A stretch of DNA of 64,000 bases, taken from Bispira polyomma (taxonomy: Eukaryota). The notes beneath the pieces are model-generated. The model searched no databases. It had not been told where the DNA came from and worked only from the letters and a program-made list of their open reading frames with translations. This document shows, piece after piece, positions 26,101 through 38,100 of the stretch (its first letter is position 1; each line of letters opens with the position of its first letter). Location: assembly GCA_965649765.1 (NCBI GenBank), contig OZ287752.1:83328001-83392000 (forward strand), read 5' to 3'. The position numbers and the translations under genes are program-made.

Positions 26101-29100
26101 AGCCTTTAAGGTTAGCAGTTTCACTGGTTTGATACTAAGGGCTGCTTCTGCCCGACTCAGTCTACTTGTGTCCTAACTTCCTAAATGGTTGTGTTTGGAC
26201 ATTTTACACAATTTGTCACTGTATCTATGACTGTTATGTAATATCAGTAGACTACATGACTAGAACCTATGCCTTCCACAAGACTAGATCAGGTGTTACT
26301 TTGAGGTTCTCATCACCCACAAAAAATAATATTACTGGGGTTGGGACTTCTTTTTGTATTGAGTCTACTGGAATGTTTCTGTGTGAGCATTTACAGTTTT
26401 TTCTGTGTCTTCACCATATGCTGATGACTAATACATGTTGTCTCCCTTCTTTGCAGGCCTCCTGATATAGTTTAAGAGGTTGTGTCCTGCTTGGGAGTTT
26501 TTTGGGTGCCATCTCTATGACTGTTCATACTGGATGGTTAGATGGTTGCACCTATTTGACCACACACCATCTTTCAGCACCTGTACAGATGCTTGTGTGT
26601 CATGGACAGCACTATTAGTTTGATGAAGGTACGCCATAGATGCTATCTTTCAATCTTTATGTCAGTGTTTTGTTCTTGGATTATGATTTATTCTCAATAG
26701 TTTTAATTAATGTAAACCTTAGGTGTTATTACTTGATCATTGCTGTTCATGTATTTCTATAGTGTTATTCACTTTCACACATCTTGTCCTCGACAAAGTC
26801 AAGTACAATGAAATACACGATAGTACTAGTACAGTATAGTACAATGAGTAAGAATAGTCTTGTTTAAGGTATTCCTATGAAACATTTACCTAATCATTTC
26901 TGATTTCTACTCTAAGAGTTACAGGGAGTTAGACTAGGGAATTACAGTAGGCCTATGTAATAGCTGACCTAACTATCTCTAAGTTCCTTCCACAACTCAA
27001 GTTTCTTAATTACTCTCGACAAAGTGCATTACAATAAATCCTTTAAGTGAGGCTCTGTCACACAAATACCCTCCACCATAAAGGTTGTAATCAAGCACTT
27101 AGTGAGGATAAGGTAAGGATATTTATCGCAATAAAATGAAAAAATTTTATTGTAATTTATCTTTTTGTGAGATAAATACTTACCTTATCCTCACAAGTGA
27201 GATGCCCACCCACCAAACCCCACTTATTTGTGTGGCCAGGCTTTCCAAAATTGAATCTGAGGCATGCTAGCACTAACAGAAGTGACAACACTTCCTGCGC
27301 ATGCGCGGGCCTCTTTGTGGGTTGAGAGTAAAAATTAAGAAACAAGAATAATCTTTATAAAAAAGAGTTTTGGTCGAGCAATTATTCAAAATGAATAAAA
27401 GCACTTAGTGAGGATAAGGTAAGTATTTATCTTACAAAAAGATAAATTACAATAAAATTTTTTCAATTGGCATCCCTCAGTATTGTGTTCTGTACAAGAT
27501 TTGCAGACATTTCATTGACCATTTACAACTAGCAGTCATATGTGAACCCTATTATTGATGTAACAATTCTGTTCTGAAGTCGCAGTATATTTATATTTAT
27601 AACAATATAGAAAGACTAATATACTACCGGTTCATGGTAAATAAGACATGGTTGATCGTAATAGTGGCCTTGTTTTACAAGGAAATTATCTTGTGTATTT
27701 AACTGTGTAAATCTATTCCTCCTGTCAAATATATTCAGTTGATACATTAATGTGAGTGTTATGTATTTAATATTTTTTACAGTACCCGCAGCTGCACCAG
27801 AAAACATAAAGACATTTCTGTATGAGAACAACACAGCTCGTATTACCTGGGATCCTCCACCTAAACACCTGAGGAATGGACCAGTAGACGGATATAAGGT
27901 CAGTACTGGGCTAGTTAGGGTTGGGATACAGTTAATAGATCAGAGGAAGCTCCGGGCTGGTATATGTGATACATGTTGACCACTCCAACCTCCATGGACC
28001 ACTGGGAATACCTTGACTTTAGCAGGATTTCTATTTAACAGAGTAGATCTTGACAGAAAAGGTTTTGTGTATAAGTACAGTTTTTCTGCACAGGGAAACC
28101 AATTTTCACTCTCCCAAATTTACATTTTCCTGTTGTTTTATATTTTAAAATCCCTCGCCTATTTTACAAACCTTGTATTACTCAAAACCAAATTTTTCGT
28201 TTTTCCTACTATGACAGTTACTGGTGCTGGTTGACTTCTACTTTGTTAATTAGTTACTCGAAAACCAGATATAAAAGTGGTGAGTGAATACTAATTTACT
28301 CCTAAAATACCACGTGTTCAGATAACAGGTTGTATACTGTGTTCAGATAACAGAGGTTCTATTGTATTTCTTCCCCCCCCCCCCCCCCCTCTCTCTTTAG
28401 GTGCTGCTCTACGTGAACGGTTCCCACTTGCTACTACAGAGACAGACTAACAAGACAGTACTGTTTGTAAAGATGACCAGTCCAGGGATGGCCTACTCAG
28501 TACAAGTACTGGCCTATAACCAAGTGGGAGATGGGGTCAAGAGTCCAAAAATACCCGTTGGTAAGTCACATGTCTAGTTTTTTGTTGTTTGATATCAATA
28601 GTTTTATAATTATTCCTTTAAAATTTATCTCAATTTAGTCTTTTTCTATAACTTAAAAAAAAATATTACAATTTCTAGCGATTTTTACACTAAAAGAGTA
28701 CTCGTTAAAGAGTAGAGTAATGGTACAAAGAGTATTCGGGTACAAAACTTACTGCTCGTTGTGACCCCAGTGTAAACATACCTGTTTTTGATCATGTGGC
28801 TGTAGGTGAGGAAGCCTCTGCGCTGTGGTACCAGCAGAAGTGGGTGGTGGGGTTAATCGTTGGGATTGTGGCCGCGGCTATCTGTATCGTCCTGTGTGCC
28901 TTCTCCATCTGGGTCCACAAGAAGAAACAGGCCAAGAAGAAGGGAGCTCACTTCTCTAAGGGTGGCATGATGGGCGGTAAGTACACGACAAACCGCCAGT
29001 ATCTGAATACACTGACACTTCTATCTAAACACCAACCCAAGGGAACCTTGAAAAAGTGGTCTCTATTGACAGGGGGTCTTTGTATAATAGTTGAATATTT

Positions 29101-32100
29101 TTAAACATTAGTTTTTGAAAATGAAACTGTGGTCTTTACACAGAGGTGGTCTCTCAAACAGGTTTCACAGTATTCGATAATATTTGAAAAACGCCTTTTT
29201 ACTCTTCCAAATAAAAGAGAGTTTTTAGTAACCTGTCAACATAGTCGCAAAATATATTTTTTTAATGTAAAGTAAAAAAATTAATTTCTAGTAGTGTATT
29301 AAAATAGTTGTAATTTTCATCCAAAAGTGGTCAAAACAATGAATTCAATGTTTTGTGTTTGGTTTTGACATGTTAACAATACTGGACAATATTTGGTAGA
29401 TAATACATATTCTGAAAATGATCGATCTAGCTATCAAATCTTGTCAATATTTGTATTTGTGTGCTGTATTTTTTATCTTTCAGTTCCCTTGAATAAAGCG
29501 GAAGAAAACTCTAGGTGAGGAAAATACTAGTAACCTGTAAAGTCATCTTGTTTTAGTAATTGTCATACCATAAATCATATTCTAGAAGTAATATGTATTT
29601 AAAGATTTAAACAGACCACAACATCTCGTAACTGAATAAGTTTCTTTAACTCTGATTGACAAGTAAATGTATTGTAAAAAAAAATTACCATTTATTAAAA
29701 GTTATTAATCCTTGATTATTTATAGATATTGTAAAACAAGTAATGACAAAGTAACTATCTTTTCTTTTGTAAAAGTTAATAGTGGATTTCAGTTAGTCCT
29801 TAAATATCCATGTTTTTGGTGTGTCAGTTTGAGTTTCGTCTTAAGCCTGACTTGTATGACATGTATATTGTTTTGTATGATGAATATGTAAATGAAAATT
29901 GGTGTCTATTATAAAGTCTTAATGCAACAATGAACCACAAATATTGTGTAACTTTGAGGGAACAAAAATCTGAGTGTCATCTGTAGGGCAGTCACTACTA
30001 GCTGGCTTTTCGGCAGCGGTTAGAATTGTAATGGCTACTCAGCAGCGATTGGAATAGTAACAACTACTGACCTCAAATGAAAGTAAACGAATAATCACTC
30101 AAAATATTGAAACAGCTAAATATTTTAAACAACTTCATTATTTCTTCCTAATATGACTTTTTCATTGATAAAACATAAACTAAATAGAAAACCAATAAAA
30201 ATTCAACCATTAATTGCTTTGTTTACATCCTACATAAAACTGGAAAAGCAAATTTTAGCCAAAATGACGGACTTCCTGTTTTGTCACATGTATCAGAAAC
30301 AGCCCATAAAATGAAAAATCAAAACTGAATGACAAAATGTATATATTTGACCATTATTTTACTTGTTGTCGAAGCAAGGCATTTTTGATAAAACGTCTGC
30401 TTGTAAAACAACAAATCGGATTCATTTTTAAAAAATATTACCTTTCGCTTTCTTGGTGTAAAGATTTTCAACTAGTTTAATCTTACCATGGATGTAATAA
30501 TGAGGTTAGAACACTCTTCTTGAAAGTTCTTTGTGTAAAAGAATGTAATACAAATTGAATGTATTAGACAAATTGATGTATAATAGACACAAATGCTTTC
30601 ATCTTATACAAGTTAGTTATAAAAGTGACAGTTGAATGTTGTTTTGTCTGTTTGCTTCTAACTTTGTTTGCGTTATTTCTATAAAAACAAGTTGACACTG
30701 TGATCGTTGTTGCTCTTATTGCTATGCTTTGCTGCTTTTAAATCTTGCTTTATTGTTACTTGCTTAGTTCAAATGATAGGATGTTTAAGATATTCATAGT
30801 TCAGTTGAAGCCCTTTTAAGTCAAACCTCAATGGTCCAAAGAACTACCTCTATTTAAGTAGGAATTCCACTCAACAAGGTAGATTTTAAAAGAAAAATGT
30901 TACAAGAGATTGTTCTCCATATAAATGTAGGTATATTTAAATGTGGTTAAAATTGTAAAATAAAAGCATATTTATCAAGAGCATAAGCTGTATAGGAATT
31001 AGATGGGTTTAAAAACGGAGTCAATCATAGAACAAGACATTGACCAAATTGAAATACTTGTGTGGTTGATGTACCATTTACAGCCAGCCATCTGGTTACT
31101 ATATCTTTGAGAAAGAAAGGCCAAAGTATTGCATAATAGCATCTGTATTGGTTAATAGTTTACGAGAACCCTGACATGAATTGCTGAATTGATGCGGCTC
31201 AGAAAAGACATCGGGGTGTTCATTAAATAATAAATGTTCATTGTTACTGGAATGATCATCCAATCAGTATTTGAATGCTCAGCCGTTAGATATGTTCTAG
31301 ACATAATTTGCAAATGTTGCTTGCTTCACCAAATGTGGGTACCTCTTCACAGCCCCAATACAAGTACACTGGGGCGTAGAGGAAATGTGATGAATGTTAA
31401 TTACAAAAATGCTGTACCCCCAGTTGTTGTATCGCGCATGATATAGTATGGTAGTAACCTATTCTGGCAGGGTAAATACTATACTAAATAGTAAATCTGA
31501 AATTCTAATCGATGAGGTATCATTTGTGTATGCTTCCAGTAAACGGCTACTCTCCTCTCTTAAACTTCACATCATCTTTAGAAATATAAAAAGGACTTAC
31601 TAGAAACAAACTTTTATTTTCAATGTTTCTTAGCGACCCTAGTTTTTGGTTTGTGTCTTGGAGGTGATTATATTGTTCTCGATTTATTTTTGTCCCATTA
31701 ACTGTGAACTTTACATCACTGTCTTCATATAAAAGGCATTGCAATTTGCCATTTTAGCAAAAACTGAGTGCTATTGAGGCCTATATGATTCAAAATTTGA
31801 TCATTAATATTAATACAATTAATACATGTTCTACAAATTGGGACCATCTGTATTTATGATAAAACATTGTATTTCATCATATTGTAATCTTTGTTACTTT
31901 AAATCTTTCTCGCTTAAACAATTTACGAGAATTTTTTCAAAGCAGCAGCAGTTGCTGTAGTAAGTGATATCTCAACCCTTTTGAGATGCATAGGGTGTTG
32001 GCCAGTGGCCGACAGCAAATGTTACTCCCAAGACCTAGCCTATTATTTTCATTGTGAGGTACTTATTGAATGCCTTAAGTAGTTTGTGGTGTGTCTTTTA

Positions 32101-35100
32101 GTGATGTCTGCTATCAATAGCCTATTTACCCCAAAATGTCACCCATTCTTGTTACAATGTCTCGGGCCTTTTTCTACAAGTTACGATGGTTTCTGAAAGA
32201 AAGCAGTTTCTTCCTAAGCATTCTAATCCTATGGCCTGTTTATTACTCAGTTTGCATGTTGTCTTCAATATATATCTACTGTTATCTCATTTTGTTATTT
32301 TGTTTTCCCCGCTTATCCTCTGCATTGTACTATGTAGGGTACAAAGCTATTTCAGTTCACTTAATGCGCCCAACTACCTCCATAAAGATATAGCCAACCA
32401 TGGTAAGGTTTGTGTGTGTGTGTGTTGTATAGGAGTGACTTGCCGGACACCCTCTATAGGATTACTGCACAGTGTGTGTGTATGTCGTGTCGTGTTGTGT
32501 GTTTGTGTAGATATGTGTTGTAATTATCTTCCTTTGGTGAAATTCTAGGGCGCATATAACACTGGTAAAAATGATTGCGTGCTGAAAAATACATGGATCA
32601 ATGACAAAATGTTTCGGAACTATATCTGGTATACTGGTTCATTTAGGTATCATAGTCAGTGTTTTCGTTGTAATATAATATTACCATACAGTGTTGTGCC
32701 ATATTGTTTCACAAATGAAGTTAATTAACTTTTGTCAGTTTTGGGGTCCACATCCATAAGTTTTAACACACATTGTCTCACTTTTTTGAAATGCAGACTA
32801 TTTTTTTTTCCAAATTAACCATACTTTGGCCATTTTTTATGTCACCTCACAAAGTCCTTGACATTTTAGTTTTATGGATGTCGACCCAACAACTGTAATC
32901 TTAAAGTTTTAACGTTCAGATTTTTTTGAAGGGGGACAAACTTCTTTTAGCAAAATTTTCCTTATGAAGAGCTGAATATAATCAAGGTAGCACTATTTCA
33001 GCAACTAAATTGACTGTACTTTGCTTTTGATAAATAATTAATAGTAGTACATAGTCTTCTGAAGACAGAAAAATAGGGAGGAGGGGCGGAAGAGTTTGTA
33101 AACCAAGAGATCTGAACAGAAATTAAAAACTTAAGGATTTTTTGCACCAAAATTAATATATATATATAACAAGACATATATACACACAATAACGTGTGTT
33201 GTAATATCACCATACATAATCTATTTTATATGTTCTTCTTATTAAAACCTCAATATGCACTTGCACCTCCAAATCATCTGCACTTCCACATACGAAACAA
33301 AATCGTGGACCAAAACAGGCCAGTGGTTACCAACCAAACGCCGTTGCTAAGCAGCTCTGGTGGCATTACCAAGGAGTTCAGTGCTAACAATGGACGGACG
33401 TTATACCCACCCTTGTATCCACCATGTAAGAAGACTCTAAATTAAAGAATCTGCCAGGGCCACTCACAAACCTTCTTAGTAGGGGCTGGTGGTTCTATTT
33501 TGTTAAACTAGCTCTCATTGACTGCTTGATCAATATGTGAAAATCAATTATCTGATTGGGCCGAAACAAGTTAATGTTTGGAAAGTAAAGAGATTTTGGA
33601 ATGTTTGTGAGTATGACCCTCTCAGAATGGTTATATATATATAGATCTCTATAGAAGCACAACCAATGGATTAACCTATTTTGTATAGATTAGTAGAACT
33701 AACCCTAAATTATAAACTTAATGGTCTACTCATTTTGTATATACATGTAGTGTATTACCGAAATCATTCGCAGAAGCGCCCACTGGGCGAAACGTCGAAA
33801 TTGGAGAGAAACCGGGGGTGGGCAATTATGAGAGCATTGGCTGCTATGATGTAGGATGCCAGCACGTGAGCTTTAGTAGGGACTGCAAAACCAAAAAATA
33901 TGTGATTTGTTTACGTTATAAACACTGATCGAAAATAAAAAAAAAACATGAAATAAACAAGGGGAAGTAGTTATTATTACGTAATTAATATATATATCAC
34001 GTCTGGTACGTTTTTTTGTGTATAAAATTGGGTGTTTAGGAGCTTTTTGGCACATTTTGGGGGGGTGGGCGATAATGTGAGATAGGGCGCTTCCGCGGAT
34101 GATTTCGGTATGTGTAAAATAGTTGAAATATTACATTCAAAACGTGAAAGTTTTGTTGTCCAAATACATGTACTGATTATACATAAAAATAAATTATATA
34201 AATAAATTATCTTTTTGTGCAGGAAAATTTAAAATGCACTAGTTCTGCAGTTCTACATGAAAGTTTTGTGGCCTTTTGGTTTTGGATATCAACATTTTCT
34301 GTAATAACCATTGTAAAAAGTTGAATTGTTAACTAATATTTACTTTAATTGACCAAAAAAGTGTCTCTAATTTTATCCCATATTTTGTACAACAAAGAGA
34401 CAACTGTAACTAATATTCTTTGGAAGGACTAGGTTTTTTCTTTATTTCCAAAGTTATCAAAATATTTTATTTTATGAACACACTTGCATTCTCCAAATTT
34501 ACACTTTCGTATTGCTATGTACAAAATTACTTCTTCTATGTTGTAAACCTTCTATTTGTACAGATGCATTATAACTAGATATTAAAGATACCGCTTGAAA
34601 AGTTTCCCTCATTTTGACATGAACCACTTTAAATTGAGTAAAGAAAATGCCACACATCTGTGAAAACCTGTTTTTTTTGTGTTTTATAGTTAGTTGTTTT
34701 ATAAGATTTATGAAAAAAAAACATCTCACAAACTCCATGTAGTTTCTGTGACCAGCTGTGGAACATTTATCAGTATCATATTGTCTGTGTGTGCAGAAAA
34801 TCATTGCAGATATCTTGTGTAGTAAAAAAACAACTCCGCTTTCTGTTGACGCAACAGATTTGCAATTTATGTGTTGTTTCTTTCTTGGAACATCATATTT
34901 GCAATTCATCATATTTTACAGAGAAATAAACTCAGGACCTCCAGTTTTTTCTTTCTCCATAAAAAACCTAATGACTCAGAGAATCTAGTTTTAGAGATTG
35001 TCCAACAATTTCAAGTAATACTTCTAATACCTATATGTCCATTAAGATGTACTGCAAACATACACAGTACATACATATTTAATGCACTGCCAGAATCTGT

Positions 35101-38100
35101 GTTGTTTAATAGATTTACCGGTGAATATGGTACATGTAATGTACAATGAAGCAGTTTTCTTTGAAATCTAGCATCTGTCCACGTAACAGAAATGTATGTT
35201 TGGTTTCTACTTAAGTGTCTTCTTTAAGACAATCATTATTATTAACTCTTATAAGGAGGTTATGTTTTTACCCCTTTTTCCGTTGGGTTGGTATGTCTGT
35301 TCGTCACCAGCATTGAACGTTGAGTGCCTTTCTAGTATTGATGATTGTTCCACAAAAAAAAAACTAAGTCTCTACTGTGTAGAATTAACATATATATGGG
35401 TGGCAGATCTTTGTTTTCAGTAGTTGTGTTTTTGTATAGTATATATAATCTAATACCATATTATAATTAATGTACATTAATTTGTGTGTTACTGAATTTG
35501 TATTTAATTGGGATTTACGTCGCTTTCAACAGCCTAGGTAAAGGGACCAATGATTGTATAGCAAACGCTTATAACCACTAGGCCACCCCGGCCAGTGAGT
35601 ATATGTTACTGGATTAGATAACACAAGATACTATCAAAATTAGTTGTTTGTGTCATTAGTCAAGTAGACCAATAGATATTAAAAACATAATAATATATAC
35701 ATAAAATATTTAAGATATTGTCTGCATGGTAATATTAACAGGAGCAAACTGTCATTGTACCTATTTTTGCTAATTAAGTATGTAAATGAATTTTACAATT
35801 ACAATAACGATATCCAATGTTGTACACTTGTACCTATTTGTGCTATTTAAATTTTACAATTAGGATAAAAGTGTGAAGTAGATTAAGTGAATTCATAGTG
35901 GACTTCTATGGTAACTACTATAAGCTTGTTATAATATTTAGTATGTTGAGTAATTGGTGTTGCTCACAGTATACATGTAGGTAATTAGCAAGATCAGATT
36001 TTACTACGAAACAAATTTACCCTCGTAGTTCTAATTTGGGTACAGTTTATCCAAAGTAAAATAATTGAAATATTGCGGCAAAAATATGCATCAGTCGGGT
36101 AAAGTTTCTATAACGTGTGTATATCAGCAGTCGTATTCTCGAGGCAAACATTTAAAAAGTCAGACTCAACTCTTGAGTTTTTGCGACACTCAAATTTTGA
36201 GCTGAGAGTAAATCACAACTCGAGGCATATTCTCCAATATTTGGAAGATAGTCGCTCAACTCAAGCTCAAAGTTGAGCAAGACTGTACCAAAAAAATGAA
36301 CAAAGTGATCATGTGACCACAGGTCTCATATAACAGTAAGTGTGATTGGTCTGTTGCTATTGTTTAACCTGTGCCAACATGTCTAGACTTGCATCTGAGT
36401 CGAGAAAAATCTCAGCTGAACTTGAGTAAAAATGCGTTAGAGAATACCGAATTGGGAAAAAAGTCAACTAGTAAAAAATCTCAGCGTTGAGCTAGAGTGT
36501 GATTTTGAACAGGAAGAATTATATACAATGAAAAATATAAAAATGAAAAGAATAACATAATAATGAATGATGAAAAAAGATGAGTTGGTAAATCATTCCT
36601 ATATTGTATCTCTGGTCTGGTTTAATTAACAGTGCATCAACAGCAGCAGCATCAACATCAGCCACCAGACGTGACCAACGTGGGTACAACAGGAAGTGGG
36701 GCGACCGCCAGTGATCTGGCCTCCGACCAAGAGAACCTCTATAACACGCCCAATTGCCAGCCACTGAAGACCTTCTACAACAAGAATCCCGCGGGACCAG
36801 TCTCCCCCTACGCCACCACCACCTTACTACAGAACACCGGCACCATGGGTGAGTGATAATAGAGAAGATTTGGCGCCAGCAGCTAGACAGGGTCTTAATG
36901 TTTCTTCTGTTTTTGGTTTTGTTATTTTGCAAAAAGGCATTTTTTATTTCTGCAATTAATCTATTTGAAAATAACACAAAACACACCATTAAAAAGATGA
37001 CTGCCGCTGATATTAATTCTGGCTGACACGACTGGCTTGGTAGAAATCATGTATTTATTTATAATTATATCTGATATATATATATATACATATAGCTGTA
37101 CTGTTCATTTGTGACTGCTCTCTATGAGGCATTTTGCTGCTTTTTGTGCACTGATACACCCGTGTGTAAGCTCATATATATATATATTCTACATTTTGTG
37201 TTCTGTGTAGTGCATAGTGCGTATATATACATTTTCTTTGTGATTTTTGTGTTGTCAAAGATCGTTTCCGAGAGCTTTTTGCCTTCCTTTTTAATCCTTG
37301 GTATGTTGACTGATGTTTTCAGTTCTAGTAATAAGCTTTCTACATTATGCCGTATATACATGTTCCTGTTACACCAGTTATGCAAGGATGTCGATAATAT
37401 GTGAAGTGATTACAAAAATTTTGAAAAAGAAAACGCCTTTTTAATCCTCTGTGCATTTTTGATTGTTTTGAGCACTCCCAATTTAAGCTTTTTCCTGACC
37501 AAAACTGATGGATGTCTTTTAATTTTGAAAGTGCTTTTTCTATGTAGTGGCTTTTGAAGTAACGTATCAACCGTCTCAACAACAAGTAGTAGTCCCCCCC
37601 CCCCCCCCCCTCAGTTCTTATAACAGTGAATTACTTGGTGGTATTTCATTATGCAATGCTGAATTTGCTGAATTGTTTTTTGCATTTCTTCCAGTAGAAT
37701 ATGCTTGACTAGTTTAACATACCTATTGTTTCTATATCCACATACGTTATATTATATGATTTTATGAATCTCTCTTGCTCTTGTTATCGTGATTCTTAGT
37801 ATATTTATTATTTTTTAATGTAATAACCGTGTCTTTAGTAATATTCATCTATATCTAGCTATGTCAGCACACATAGTAGACTTGATGCCTGGTATGTGCC
37901 TATCTATATATCTATCCCCATATATACTTGTGGGCTCCAATTACATTCAACTATGTCTATATGGTTTTTTTGTGGTCTGTTTTTTTTTTCTGTGTTGCCA
38001 AGTAGCCATGCCCCCCAATACAGGTGCTAGCAGTGCTTTCCGCCCCATACAGCACAACCAATCGGGCTCCTCTCATGCCGGCAGCTGTGGTGGGAAACAG

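Larger units (their letters stand above)
21481..27465 (+). mobile_element. DIRS1-like tyrosine-recombinase retrotransposon with degenerate coding regions, in a Robo intron
   Basis: Left ITR 21481-21677, ICR 27096-27199, right ITR 27245-27465. Remnants: gag Cys-rich (CRDKG..DVC..DCYIC), RT start (VVQILRYGY...[12 protein letters not shown]), RNase H ([24 protein letters not shown]), YR ([14 protein letters not shown]; [19 protein letters not shown]; [12 protein letters not shown]; [12 protein letters not shown]). Confidence 0.92.
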
